Source: Giardia intestinalis (Eukaryota). From it: a stretch of DNA of 64,000 bases. A program made the translations under genes and the position numbers. Positions within the stretch are counted from its first letter, which is position 1, and every line of letters begins with the position of its first letter. This document shows positions 19,360-34,300 of this stretch, one piece after another. The stretch lies in NCBI GenBank assembly GCA_000002435.2, contig CM018791.1, one strand, 5' to 3'. The notes under the pieces are model-generated. The model saw only the letters and a program-made list of their open reading frames with translations, was not told where the DNA came from and ran no database searches.

Positions 19360-22300
19360 CTAGTCTTCGTGTATAACAATGAAAATATCCCCTGCTGTAA
19401 TTTTCTCTATTTCCTCGGAACATGGAAGAAAGACAGATGATATGGACCCCATCTCCTTACTATAAATGTCTACGAAGATTGGACACTCAATCACCTGTGG
19501 GGATGCCTCATAATAACCAGAGTAGTTTTTATTAGAGAAGTACACTAGTCGCCGGTCGAAGATGTTCTTGGCTCGCAGCCCATCGTACTTCTTCAGAACA
19601 TTGAGCTCCACCACATTGAGCGGCCTTGCCTCCACGAAGTCTGTCTCGGACGAAGACTCTGTTACGGACGACACAGATGTGACACCAGGCTGCTTTCTCA
19701 GGTCGTCACGTGGTGTGGTGTCTCGGGATTCCTCATTGCTGCTGGCATTCACGCTCCTTCGAGAGTTAGACCGAGTACCTAAATCTAAGGTTAGCTTAAT
19801 TCCTAATCTGTTCAAGCGGGCTTTTGGCTGCGTAGATTGCTGTATTTTAGGTGTGTTTGCCATTACGTTCGAATCTGCATGGGTTTCCTGAATCTCGGGG
19901 GGGGGAGTGGGAACAGCGGGTGTAATTGGCTTGCTATTCTGCACAGACTTTGTATTTGGCGTCGCTATGCACGGTCTGCCAGACATTGGGCGAGCCTTGT
20001 TAGCACGCTCATTAGGAGCGCCGACGGCTGAGTTACTATCTCCAGGAAGCCCAACCATCGGAGCTGAGTCATCCGTCCCAGAGAGTGTCATGCTTTGCTC
20101 TGTTTTCATAAAGGAATCATTCATGTTTCTCCTAGCTTGCTCAGAGGCATATATAGTCGATGAAAAATTCCCCAAGCTTATGATAACAGACTTTTTCTTG
20201 TATATCCTCTGCGCAAGAACGCGCATTGCAGGCAGTGGATTGTATATGCTCGTCACGCTTTGGCTGCTTACCTTTCCAATGCTGAGGTCAACGTATGCAG
20301 ACTTAAGTTTCAGACCGGATATCTGAACGTTGTCCCGTTGACGTAGGTTTGCGTACGGGACTATATCATACGCCAATGTGTATTGATCTACGGTCCCACC
20401 AGTGATGTAGCAGGCCTGGGCACGGAATGCAGTGAACAGGGCAGACGGCCGGAAGGTCAACGAGATGTCAATGTTCATATAATTCCGGTCAATCATGGCA
20501 TCGTTATAGTATGATCGCGCTCGGACAAGGTGATTGATCAGCTTGAAGAGATTGTCCACGTGGCGCTGAATCATGAATTGAAGGATATAGTCCGGGATGA
20601 CGTCATATCTAGCGTACCGGATATAGTCCACCAAGTCTTTAACCATGCGATTGTAGAACATTATTTCCTGGTACATAAAGAACATCAAGGGACAGGACTT
20701 CTCATTAGCATCTATCTTGGTATTAATCTCGGTAGGCAACGACAAAGCCAGCTTACGACGGTCATAGTGAATCAATCTAACGTTGTAAGAAATAGATTTT
20801 GCAACAGAGTACATGACCCCAGATCCTAAGGTTGAGTCTAAAAACTCTAGTATCTGCTGCCCCTCTCGCTGGTAAAGATAAATCCTTTCTGGATCAGCAA
20901 GCCCTAAGTGGCGCGGATTGTCTCTAACCGTATTTATATCTACACTAAGAATAGCGTTGCTGATCATCTTCTTCATTGCTGCAGTATCAAATTCACCTCT
21001 GTTATAGAGCTGCGCCGGGTCCTGTAAGAGCATAGTACCTACTTCAGCACGAACATGCCTTGAGCTATATCCAAATACAAACTCCGTTAAGTATTTCAAT
21101 ACAGTACGGTCATGCTGAGTGCCCATTTTCGCACCGTATTTATCAATGATATTCTCAACCAATCTATTGTACAGAACAAGACAATTGTCGTTAAAAACTA
21201 GTTCGTGAGCAAGAATTCGGAAGAACGTAATCAGAACAGATTCCAAGTCGCTCTCGTCAAACGAGCTGTATACAGATGTCCAGCCGTGCGTGCCAAAGGA
21301 ACAGCGACTTATGATCGCAGCTATGGCATAGGAGTTCTTGATAAATAGCGTGCTGATGTCTGTTAACCCTATCGTTGTTTGCATGTGCTCCTCTTTGTAC
21401 TGCTCAATATCAAAGTTGTGTACATCCTTAAACTCAGCCAGATACTTCTGAGACAGTTCCATCGTTCTCTTATAGACGCTTGAAAAGCTGACATCTGAAC
21501 TTCGTTTAAAGGAGATGCAGGCCTGGGCAAAGGAAGATAAACTGGATGCGTCTCCCTCCGCTGTAACAATTAATTTAAAATGCCTAGACACTGGCTTGAA
21601 GTCAGGAATCCCTGTCTGAAGGAGCGTTGCGGCCATTGTGCGCAGAAGTGGAGTAGCAGTGACGCCCGGTGGCATGGGCCCTCCACGTAACGGAGCAGTG
21701 GCACCAATAGGATCCTGATTGACGTCTATAGCAGACATGTTCATGGATGTTGTAGATTGATCTATTGCTGACGCCTCAAAGATAGAGCCATCGCCCACGT
21801 CCATTCGGTAGCTATTGGCCGTTAACGCCGCATAATGTCTGCGCAGATCGTTGTTGACAAAATCAGGAACGAGGTGTGCATTCTGAAGAACTAGCCAAAC
21901 GGGGGAGCCGATGTGCTGCGAGAGAGCGCTCAGGGCCATCTTCTCCGTTCCTTTGCTAAGTGGCAAAACCTTCAGCTCTATGATTGGATTGTCATCGGCA
22001 TAGTTCTCCACATGACTCTTAAGCATAACGCTCTTCTTTGCTTTCACAATGGCCTCGCGAGCGGCTGTGCTAGCCTGCATCAACTGGTAGCTCTCTTGTG
22101 GTAAGAATTGCGAAATAAAGCGAACTGCATCTACGGACGAAGAGTGATTGAAGAGAATAGGCAGCTGGCTATCGCTGATATTGAGAACAGATCCAAAGTT
22201 GAGTCTCTGCACTGCAGACAAACGGATGTTATAACGCTTTATGCTTCTCACAATATAATTGTTGACGGCAATCCGCAGGAATGCGGGCCTGAAGTGTTTG

Positions 22301-25300
22301 ATGAAGAGCAGGAGCAAGTGATCCTCGAAGCGCACGACAGTATCGTTGTCTGTAAATATGTCAGATAACATGAAGGTCTTCATGAGGTCCGTAAATGATG
22401 CAATTACCTTGTCAGAGGATGTAACACTCATGCATCGTTGCCAAACGTTCCAGTGATATATTACAGAGAAAATGATGTTCTGCTGAAGCCCGGGATGATA
22501 TGGCACGTACGGAGCATTTGCAAAAATGTCTAAGCGATCGACTTCGTTTGCTTGGGTAGCTTCGTTATTCGTGTTCAGACAGTACTTCAGTCCTACAGAG
22601 CCTTTAGCCGCCTCAGAGCTTAGGTTAGGAAGAAGCCCTTCAAGGTCGCCCTCAGTATGAGTATGATCTCTTCCAATACAAAATAGACCAGAAATAAGAT
22701 TGGCTGCATGATTGCGTCTTTGCAAAATCTCAGTTGCGGAAATCTTCATAGAGTTCTCTCCGGGGCCTGCGAACGCCTTTCTCATGTCAGATGAAAGGGG
22801 CATGCTCTCCAACTGAGAGCTGTTCCGTACATAAAGCTTTTCTACGTTAAAGAAGCTCTCCTGAATGATAGTTATATCTAGGCTGTTATCAATATTAACC
22901 TTAGCTCCTTCAGCGCCCTTCTCTTGCTGACTCAAAATAGACGGGTGTCCGACGATTCGTGCATAGTCATGGCCCGAGATAATGAGGCATTTTGTCATTA
23001 TCCACAGAAGGGGATCGCTAACCCGCTCCGTATCGAGATATGTAAAGATGTGATAGAGAAACGCCATTGCCGAAGATTCGTCAAATGCAAGTATAAATAG
23101 GGCGATAATTGTCTCGATATACTCGTTATTGTCATGACTGATGCGATTGTGATTCAACTGTTCCAATTCAACGGTCAGATCTGCCATCTCCTTCTCCTCC
23201 ATTAATTCCTGTGTTTTCTCAAAGTTAACCCTACTGGCAATCAAGTCCTCAAAGCTGCAGTTATCTTCTTCCTGTGCTTCCTTTTCAGAGCTCCCTGTCG
23301 CATCGTCATCTGCGCTCTCGGCAACACGAGTTATTGCAAGGGTAGAGGTCCCCATGCGCCTGTCTCCTGTAGCCCCATACGTCTCGGGTAGTGCTACCTT
23401 CGAGCGAGAGGTTGATATGTTGACACTTAGATTAAGAGGACTTTGAGCCCCTGTAAAAGAAGATATCAAGGAACTCATCTGAAGGTTCGGGGTGTTTTGG
23501 TTGCTCATGTAAGGAGAGTTGACCTGAATTGCTGTGGACAAATTGAGAAGATGGGCGTATGCTGCATTCGATGCAAAATTCTGGCTCATGTCGTTATTGC
23601 AGATTATTATCCTCGCCACCACGTGACTGTATGTTTGTAGGCTGAGCTTCAGAAGCTGCCGGAGTCCCAAGAAGATCGACGTGCATATTACCGCAGCGTT
23701 TCTATGTGTATCACGCATCTGCAATATTTTGCGGTGCATCTTCGTGATGAAGGTCAGGCGTCGCTTGATAGAAGCCTTTTGCATCGAGGCCCCGTGAAGG
23801 CTTCCCAAGAGCTCATCAGAAAGTGCCTGTTCAAGACTGCTGTTCATAAGAGTATTAAGTACTTGTAGCTCGAGGATTTTAAGAGAAGACTTTGCGATTG
23901 ACGCTTCAACAACGGCATTTAGATAGCTGCGCTCTATCTTGGGGTTGATGCTCTTTATCATAACTGATATTAGATGATCCTCCATTGCCGCGCGAGACTT
24001 AGCAAATGAAACAATCTGGAAATTGGCGATTATCTCTGGAGAAAGCTGAGAAATAATTGAGAAGTCGTTGCTAAGAAGGATTATGTTGAACGATTTGCTG
24101 AAGAGATAATCGTATCCATGTATCTTTACGACTAAGCTATGCTCCATGACGGCCTGTACGCCCGGGTCCAGAGCATCATGAGTCAGTGTCACTGCTAAAT
24201 CATCGTTGTATGGATTGAATCTAGGGGTGCTTGTTGCACTGAGTTGTGTCCGTGGAGTTGTCGCCGCCGTTCCACTGGTTGTTCGCGGTGTTCGGATGAT
24301 CTTGACTTTGCGTCTTTCTGGTGTCGAGCTAACCACCTGTTTCAACATTCCTAGTGTGTAGCTAGGGGTCCTTGGAATCACCGGTGTGTTAGGAAGCGCA
24401 TCCTCCTTTTCAGGGTTCTCGCTATCTTGAGGTAAAGGGATGTCGTTCATCTGCAAGAATAGGTTTTTGCGTGCAACCTCCAAGTCGCGCTTACTCTGCG
24501 TTTGCTGCGTAGTCAACTCGTTCTCTTCATGGTCTGAGGTTGCATCACAGAATAATAGGCGCGCATCCCATGAGATCTGCTTCAGCACCTCCATTATAAA
24601 TGACGGAATCTCAGACCCCATGTTTGTCACTAAGCAAACTTTTCCGCGAATTCCAGCATCGACAAGCTTCTTGAGCACTGTCGCCTGCTCTTCCGGGGAG
24701 TACTTAACACAAACGATGTTGGGGAGGTTGCTTAGAAAAGTCTCTGCTACTGACTCAGGGTCAAATATGTATGGAGTGTCCACAGAGTTCATTAAGCAAC
24801 CCATTGACTCTGTAGTAGCGTTGTCAGATGGCAAGCAATGCTGCCTCCACATACAGAGCTCCTCATCGTTGTGCAGTCTTACTAGGCCCATATCCACACA
24901 CTCATCTAGAGACGTTGAAGAGCGGGCGTTCTCACTGGGGCTAAGACACATCTTGGAGTCCGTTCTAACTTCGGCTCTGAAGGAGCTTGCTGCACCTAAA
25001 AGAGTAACGAACATAAACTTAACAGATTCTGTTACTGTGGTCGCTAAGCTTGAATGTTCTGTCCTGATCTCAGTGAGTGACTCTTCCCATGTCTCGTGCT
25101 CCACTTCCAAAAGTGTCTTAATACTCTTGACTAGTTTGTAGCGTCCTTCTGCCGTCCGTATCTGAGACTCGAGCTCCTGCTCGATAGCTTTGTTCCTATC
25201 TGCTTCTACCGTAAGCTCTTGTAACAGGGCCTGGAGCTCCTCCAGTTCGGCCTCCTTGATCTCCATGTTCTGTTTGTTGACAATATACTCTTGGCGAGCC

Positions 25301-28300
25301 TTCTCCAAGCGGGCTATCTTCGGCTTAACATTGTCCCACGCAGTGGCGTATTCCACCACTGCAAGGCACCAGCTGCAAATTGTAGTGGCGGCAGTCGAGA
25401 TGGATGATATTTTGGCAGGGTTAAAGTCTGGCGTTGCTGTAATGGCTCTGAATTTGGCAAGGATCTTTGGATTGATTGTTTTTTTGTCATATGCAAGAAG
25501 CGAGGAAATGAGGTTTCCAGAGGATAGGAGTTGCCTAGCTGACGCCCAGTTTGTCGGCTGGTCCATAAGAGCGCAAAGAGCGTTCATAACGAGAACCACA
25601 AGTGGATGTGGATTTGTAAATGTACTCAGCTCTGCAATATCTTGTCTGTTAAGATTCTGAAGAGCCTCATCAGCCTTCTGCAACATAGGGAGAACTCTGT
25701 TAAGCTCCTTCTTGGCCTGCGTCATCTCCACAGTGATGGACTTGTCTTCTATAGTAAGGGCCATTTTCTCAGAGCTGACGACTGCGTGCTGCTCCTGTGC
25801 CAGTAGCTTCTTTGCGGAAAGTTCCGCTAAAATGGATGCTACCTTTTGCTTTTGTTGTTCAAGCTGTGGTTGGAGCTTCTCAAGCTGCATCTCTAGTTCG
25901 CTGGCCTGGGCAGAGCTCTGTGCAAAGAGCTCTAGTCCCTTCTCCAAACGTGCCTCTTGCTCCACCAATTTGAGCTTTCGGTCACTGAACATCTTGTAAT
26001 ATGTACGAAGGAACCGCGCAAAGACTATCGGGGTTTTAATAAGATGCTCGCTTCCCAGCTTGATTCTATAAACTTCTGCTATCGAAGAAAAGACTTGGGC
26101 AAAGCGGTGGAGCATGGTCTGATCGATGTTGCTCTCATTGAGCTTGTGGATCGGGATCAGCCCATCGGCTGACATGCAAAACACCTTTGCTACATCGAGT
26201 GGGAGAAGCTTGACAGCAGAGATACATATCTCGACCATCGGCCAAGTACCTGGGACTTCTACTGTACAGCGTTTAATAACTCCTGGGTAGGTGGTTCTCA
26301 TGCTCTGATAAAGACTCGGCTCGGCCAAGATAACGAGGTGGTAGTTGTTTATAGCCAGAAAATGAGGGTCATCCAGCAATTGTTCTATAAACGGAAGAGC
26401 TGGCTGGACGACAATTGGAGATAGAATAAGGCATGTGGGATCTTCGTTGATGACACAGCAGTTACCGTAGATAAGCTGATAAAGCTCTTGAATATCCAGT
26501 ACCATACGTGGCTTCATCTGAAGAGCTTCGATGGCTACCATGACCGCTTGTTCAACAAAAATCCCTGCCAAGTGCACGACGAGTAAATGGGAGTCAGGCT
26601 TGGCTAGATGATAGGCCAGCTTTAGCATGCGGCGCTTCAGCTCCTGCTGCAATCCACCAACAAGAGGCGAAAACGTGTCGTTATTTGCCACATGTGGACA
26701 TGGCTCTGGAAGGGGAACAGACGGGAGTATCATGCTGTCAAATGAATGGGGAAATGTGCAAGTAACAAGGAAAGAGGGGCTGGTGTGTACCGGTTCAGAG
26801 GAGAATGTTTGGAGAATAGGATGGAGTGTGCTTCCACGATGGCATGGCCCGTTGTTTGCGGCGCCTTCCTTGCTGGATAGCTCATCTAATTGCAAAGGTT
26901 CTGAAACCATATTCTGTTCTGAGTTTAAGTCTGTGCCAATCGAAAGTACCTGTCTATATTGATAATTATTTAGGTCGTAAGAGGCTAAGTTTCCCGTGTG
27001 TAAAAGTATCTCGATCAACGGCACCTTCTGGTCGCCTATTGCCGATGAGGATTGTTGCATCAGTAATTGCATTTTAGACAACTGCAAGCCACTCTGCCTC
27101 AGTTCAGCTATGTCTGAAAGATATGCAGTATCCTGGTTTAGGATGACATCTGGACGCAGCTTGACAGGAACACGGATGGCTGCAGATGGTTTAAGCTCGG
27201 TAACAGTTCCTGACAGATGCCTGATCACGTGATCAACAAGAAAAGCGTCGAGAGTTCTGATAGTTTGATCGGATCTTCCTTGGTAAAGCTCTGCCCGCAG
27301 GCACGAAAGTAGAATCTGTAGGAGACCACGCCGAACGACAGATGTGTTTATAGGGTCTAAAAGAGCGTCCGCAGTCGAAAGGATATTCTTGAATGTGGCC
27401 GGGGTAGTGAACGAAAACCTCCGCAAAAAGGCAAAGAGTTTTGTATAACTGAATTGTAAATCAACTGAACTACTGTGTTCAGAATGGTCAAGCAACAAAC
27501 AGATAACGTTGGTGAAAAGAGGAAGGATGGAAAAGACAACGGGATTAATGTAACTTCTGATATGAGACGCGTTGCTCCAAGCGGTAAACACAGCAGAAAT
27601 CACAGCCGAGACATTCGTAAACGCGCTGCAAGAGACGGTGAGGGAGTGTGCAATACACTTACTCGAGAGCAACGGCGGGCCCACGTTGATAATCTGATAA
27701 TTCCTAACACAATGGAAGCTTGGGGGCGATGATCCAATGTAGACGCCGTTGTTTTGCATGAGGAAGGAGATAAACTCATTGATCGGGAAACAAGTGAATG
27801 CTCCGAGGTTATTGGTTATGGGACGCGCCATATTCATATTGCGTAGGATGAAGAGATTTGTTCCCCCAATAGTGTTGGACGGGGACAGGATCTTATCCTC
27901 ACGTTTGAAGCAGTTTTCAAAGTACTCAACGAATTGCTGCAGGGTTTTATTTGCACCAGAGAATCGCAAAGGAATAGGAAGCGCACTCGCAGTCTGTTGA
28001 AGCAAGGCTGTTAGCATCACCACAACCGCTTCAGCCCCAAAGCCAGATATTTGAAGATATATATTGCTTGCCGGCAATATCTGCAGCTGGTCACGGGCAG
28101 AGATGTTTGTCACGGGCTGGATGGTTCCTGGAAGGTTGCTACTTGATGCTGCAAAGCCAACGTCTCGTGACCCCCCAGGTCCAGTCATAGCGGCAAGAGC
28201 TGCAATACTTGCAGGGTTGATAGTGTTCATGGTCATGCTAGAGGCAGTGCTTCCGTGTTTGCTGGAGTTCTTTTTACCCAGTGGCTCTCGAGCAGAAGGC

Positions 28301-31300
28301 ATTGTAAGTCCCCCGAAGGATTCGCTGTTTTTCTGTGCTTTAGAGTTCTGCTCTTCTCTTTGTGCGTGTACGTTTGATAGAAGCTTACTGAGGGTAATAG
28401 TCTTGTCGTAGTATAGTAGGTCTGTGAGGCATATGTAAAGCGTACGGCGCACATCAGCGGTTTCAACAAATACGCGTGATGTCAATGTATCAAACTCCAC
28501 ATTAAAGATGCCGTGTTCCAAATCGCAATTTTGCGACATAGCAAGCGCGCCATACACACTGTTGTAACTTTTAAGATGATCAAACTTGCTGCACGCAGCG
28601 AAGGAGACTGGAATGAGGCGATACGGATCGAAGAAGCATTGATCAAGTGTCGTGTCTAGCTCTGTCTTTGAAGACATTCCATTGACGTGGAAAGCAGCTG
28701 CCCAATATTTGCGCTCCAGTATGACTTCCTGGAGTTGCTTGTCAATTTTCTGAACGTAAAGATCCTTCCCAAATAACCCAAGACACGACCACACAACTGA
28801 GAAAATCGCATACCCTTGAAGCAACCGAACGAGCATGCCTCGCGTAGGATCTGCAGCCACCAACTCATAAATGTGCGAAGATGACGCACATAGGTGGGCA
28901 CGCAATATCCTAATGGCTTGCTGGACAATCGTGCTCATGTTAGAACACAAAAATGTCAAATTTAGGACAATTCCATGTTCATCCGCAGATGAGGTCGTGG
29001 CTCCGAGATTGAGAGACCCTTGAGGATCAAATTTATGCATCGATTGGGGACTGTGATCAGTGGAGCTTTGCTCCCTAGTTGCCACAAGGCCAAAGAGACA
29101 ATCGAATAATGTTGAATACACATCTAAGACGTTAACGTAGAAGTTATTCTCAAAATGCAGCGGATTGCGTGCATAATATTCTGTATTAGCTACATCTGCC
29201 AACGGAGCACGGTTGGGGTAGCGTGCCTTATAAGCCTCCAGTCTCTCTTTGCGTGTCATTCGCTTACTTGTTCTGCCAGAGATCCCTAAGGCGCTAAGAT
29301 CCGAGTGCCCTAACGCGCTAGTCGCAGAGGCATCACATCTGTTCGTCATTGCAGCGTTGGAATAATGTGCAACCTTCGTTGTGGAGAGCCCGAGAACCAC
29401 ATCTTTTTTGTCAAAGAGGAGCTCCACGGATTGTAAATCCATATTCATTCGACAATATGACTTTATCTTTTCGGAATTATAGGAATACGTGCGTGCAAAG
29501 TCTAAATAATCGAGCTCGAATAATTCCCGCAGAGAGGAGACAAGGATGGCTTGATACAAGAGTGCATAGTTCTGAATACTATCCTCAAGAGAAAGAATAC
29601 CGCAGCGGCTCAAAGTGGATGGAGACGTATGGCTGATGTCTGTTGTTTCGAAGATTATCCTTATGTGATTGGAGATACGTATTCTTTCGCCGTTGGCCAA
29701 GCAGAGCATTTTGTTGTCATCCAAGAGCGAGTTCATACACTCTGCGTATGCAGAGTCAATGGGACCATCTAGCACAATAAACTTAAGCCGCTCTGTGGAG
29801 CGAGAAAAGCCCTTAGAGTCTGCCTCAATTTGTGACTGCTCGTCTTCAGTGAAATCCTCGCTTACGCTGACGTCTCGATGCCTCAGGAAAGTCTTGCCTC
29901 GACGCTTTGCCTCCTTAATTTGCCGCTTGAGCTCCTTCTCTTCCCTCTCCTTCTTCTTTTCCATAAGGAGGTTATAAGAAGCAATGCAATAGTTCCGTAA
30001 CACCGAGCTGAAAATCCCATCTTGGAATGCTTCGTTTTGATAGCCACCCAGGAGGCCCTCTGTGGTGAGTGCACGCGGATTGATAACGGTACATTCGTTG
30101 GTCTCATCAAGCATGAGCCTCCAGAGAACTGTTTTGAACGTGTTTCGGCTCCCCAGGAGGATGATCCCTGTTCGAATCCAGAGAAGGTTCTCCAACTCGA
30201 AGTACTTCTCTCCTTGGTATCTGAATGCGATGCGGCCTGTTGCACGACACGAGCTGCGATAAGCAGCAAGAACAGCTTCTGCCCGCTTCTGGATATTCTC
30301 GGCGACCAGAGTCTGGGCCTGCGCAAGGGCAGTAATTTGCTTGCGACCAATGTTAAGTTTGGATGCCATAATGGATGACGCCACTCGATAATGCACCGCA
30401 TTGCCCTGGAATTGGTCAGCGTGTGTTGGAGCAGCCGATCCTATTACTGTGCCATTTAGTTCTTGTGGACAATCGAATGAGTTGGGCACTACTTCTGCAC
30501 CACTTAGTCTCTGACGATTCCTGTCTAACAGCTGTTCGCTCATAGGTCTTTTGTAATTCAAAGCGGCTTCAGAAACAGTAGGCCATAATTCTTGATCAGT
30601 AAGAAGCATATGGAAGAACGAGAGCTCAGATTTGCGTATGATCATAAACTTATCAACGTCAAGATCATCAGATGGTGCTGCTTGGCCTGGTTGTTGGACA
30701 GAGATAGCATAAGATTGCTGAGAAACCGGCCTCTTATTCAAGTCTGTGATCACAAAGCTAGATTTCGCTACTGCTTCCATATTGTTGATAAGCATAAACG
30801 ATGAGTTCATGACTGCGTCGGATAGATCCTCGACTCTAGTCGTGCAAGTGGCCTGATGATCATATCTATCGCTCTCCATATAACACATGACAATATCTCT
30901 TCCAAACACATCTGCAACAATTTCTATGAAGTTGTGCTTGTCGAGCTCTACCAGGCAGGGTGTCAAAAGACGGATGAGGTTGTCAATTACGCAGATGGTC
31001 TCGATATAGCCCATGAAGATCATATGCTCCTTGTATTGCTTTGAATTGGCTTTGTCACCTATTAATAGACTCTTGATGTATGCATTTTCCCTGAAGATGT
31101 AGAGCCAGCGCTTAAATGTGTGGGAGGACGCCAGAATAACTGACTTAATCGTCCTCAGCGACAGATCGATAACCTTGGTATCATAAAGCTGTATATTTTC
31201 CGAGGGTCTGTGAGGCATTCCAAGGTCACTCTGCAGCTGTCTTGATGTTTCCGTTGGTGTCTGTTCCTGGGTGTTCAAAATATCAAGTGACGCCGGACGA

Positions 31301-34300
31301 TGCTTTGGTTTGGCTTTGCTGTTTGTACTAATAAGAATGGCGTCCAGATTCGTGAAAAAGAAACGAAACTTGCGGCCCAGGTCTTGCGCTGTAGCAAATC
31401 CGTGCATTAGAAATAGTCCTGCGGCGATATAGTCTATATCTGGCTTTATGATCATGAGGGGCCTAAACAGGGCCATTGTGTTCCCCGGTAGCTCTATACG
31501 ATTGGTAAAGATATACGAGCTTTGATTCATTGTAATAAACACTGATGCTGACGAACGGAGACGGATGGCGGTCGAAGCTACAGCTTCGCCGGGCGAACCT
31601 TGGTTCCTATCTTCTTCAGCCTCGTGGCCTGCCAGAGCGTCACTACCATCTGTCAAGTTAACGTATATTTCCTTCCTTCTTATGGCCTGCTGAATACAAA
31701 CGATAAGCTTCGAAATCACCGAGAGAGTTTCAAGAGTCAGTCGGTTGAACTCGTCTAAGCAGAGAATAGAGCCGGTGGCCGCCATGCCCATAAAGATCCT
31801 AACAACTGTGCTGTAATCCAACGCTTCTGTGCAGTTCAGGACTATACAGAACCGGCCCAGCGAGCGTGCAAAGTCCTTAGAGATCTCTGTCTTCCCGGTT
31901 CCTGCATTTCCGATGAGACTATTGCCCTTTAGGAGGTGCTGCATTGTATCAAGAAATATTTGGCGATATGAGTCAATGGTCGGGGAAATAATGAGTCGAG
32001 GGATCTGCCCATGATACTCGTAGTAATATGCGGCGTAAGCATTGTCGAAAAGATAATAATAAGGTTTCTTTTGATACGCATTGAGCCTCTCTAACTTTGC
32101 TGAAGAGACGGTTCGCTCGCTTTCCTCTAACGTCATGTACATCTTGCCCTCTGAGGCATTGAACGTATAACACACCATATTAGACTCACAATCCATATCC
32201 TGCTGCAACTGGTCTCTCTTTCGCTCAAGAAGGTCCCTTATATATAATTCAGTTGCTAGCAAGGGGAACACACCTGCTGGGCTTATCTTAGCTGGCTGGC
32301 CGGTGCCTGCCAGAGAAGCCATCGGACTTGCTTGCGCAGCAGAAGATCGAAGTAAGTCGTCCATAGAGTTATTGGCTAATTGACTGCGCAAAGATTGACC
32401 CTTCAGTGGAGAGGCTTGTGGACGCTTTGGAGTCTTTTGCTGCACAACTGAAGCTGTGCCATCGGCAGGTTGATTGCCATTAGAGCCAGAGATAGCCACA
32501 ATGTTATTTCTGGTAATTCCGATAAGAAGGCTCAGGATGTATTCTTGGATTTCCAAGAGAGCCTCAACTATCTGTAGCTTAGACAGCACTCCATCCCGAT
32601 CACTGCTGGATCGACTGCTTTGATTTAGGACTCCCCTGATTGTGTCGTCTGGATTAACCCTGGTCTTATCAGCGAGAAGCGACGCACTCAAGGCCGATGT
32701 TCCTGCACTGGTGTTGGATGGGCGCTTATAAAAGGACGACGCATTCTCAAACTCTTGCGGGTAATTGATGAAAAACCACGTCACGCATTGTCTAACAACG
32801 CTGATAACCTGGACCGGGTATGATGCAATAAAGTTCAGAAACACCTCAGAAGAGAAGTTTATCCGCAAGGTGATTTCCCTCTGGTGCACCGATAGCTTTG
32901 AATCGCCAAAGTTTGCGGTTAGGGAGCTGTGCCCAGGCGTTGCTATATTCTTAGTTGATATACTGTGATCATGAAGCGGCAGTCTATCGAAAATTATAGA
33001 GACCATGCTGCGGAGCTCAGGCGCGTGCTGCTGTACAGCAGATCCCATCATTGTCTGTAGGGTATTAGATATGCGGGTATCCAAGGCTGATAGCCATACG
33101 TCAGGAGACCCTCTTATGCGTATGTCCTTCTCGGACGTTGGTTGCATAAGCATGAGTGCTTCACCCTCACGTGACCGTACCCCCTTTAAGTAGAGCGAGC
33201 GAACATCGTGCTCAGTCTTTGTTTCGCAGATAAGAGACGTCACATTCTCAAAGCAGTTCTGAAGAGTACGGGTCAGAAGAGTTGGATCAAAGGGCGCCCC
33301 ATGGGCCGTCTCGTCCTGTGCACTCAGAACTATTAGGAGTTCATTATCAGAAAGGAAAAAGAAGCGCATGAACTGGCGGCGTTTTATATCCAGGTACTTC
33401 AGAATGTTGGCATAGATGGCATCGAGATCGGTTTGCCATCCCATGATACTATGAATTGTATCTTTTGTACACCACACAGCTACCTTTTGAGTCCTTGCCA
33501 CAGAATTCATAAGCGAGAGGTAGTGCTTCACGAGCTTGGTGAAAGTCCGCATATCCTCGGGCAGCTGGCGGACAATCGGGCTTGATGGAGCAAAGATGCG
33601 TAGAACAGCGATGAACTTTCGCTGATACAGATCCCAGATGAGAATTGCATCCTGGCATACAGTGCAGGTATTCTTAATATTGATAAGTTCGCGCATGGCA
33701 GGGTTGTCGCCCAGCCGCATGAATTGAGATTCAAGTGTGTTTAGCTCTGTTTTGACATCATTAAGTACGTTTTCGACAGTGTCGGTCAAGGTGATCAGAT
33801 AGACCTGCTGGCTGAGAGAGGCGTGATCTGTAGAAAGGGTTCCTGTGTAGGGTATAAGTGGCAATGTCAATCCATCCAGTTCTTGCTTCAGCTTGGAAAG
33901 ACTGCTAAGCAAGCTGTACTCGAGCTCAATTGAGCGCATAAAGAGGAGAAAGCTGTTCATGACGCTCGTCTCCAAAATCCCGCGATATACAAGGCGATTA
34001 ATAGAAGCGGTGAAGCGGTCCATTTCTATAAAAAGGCCACCATATCTAATTTCTGCACGCTTCTTGGCTCTTCTTCGGAAATATTCCTCCTTTTCTGCAT
34101 CAGAACCAAAGATCTTATAGCAGACGTTATAGAGCATATCGGTGCTATAAATAGAGGGCCGTTGAAGGATGAAAGAATAATTTGTCATCTGCGAGATCAG
34201 CACTTTAGAATCTGCCACATCCTTTTCGCTTCTGACGTCCCCAAATTGCTCACTAATGACATAGGCCTCTGATTTCGTTATCCAGGCCTTCCGTGCAGCT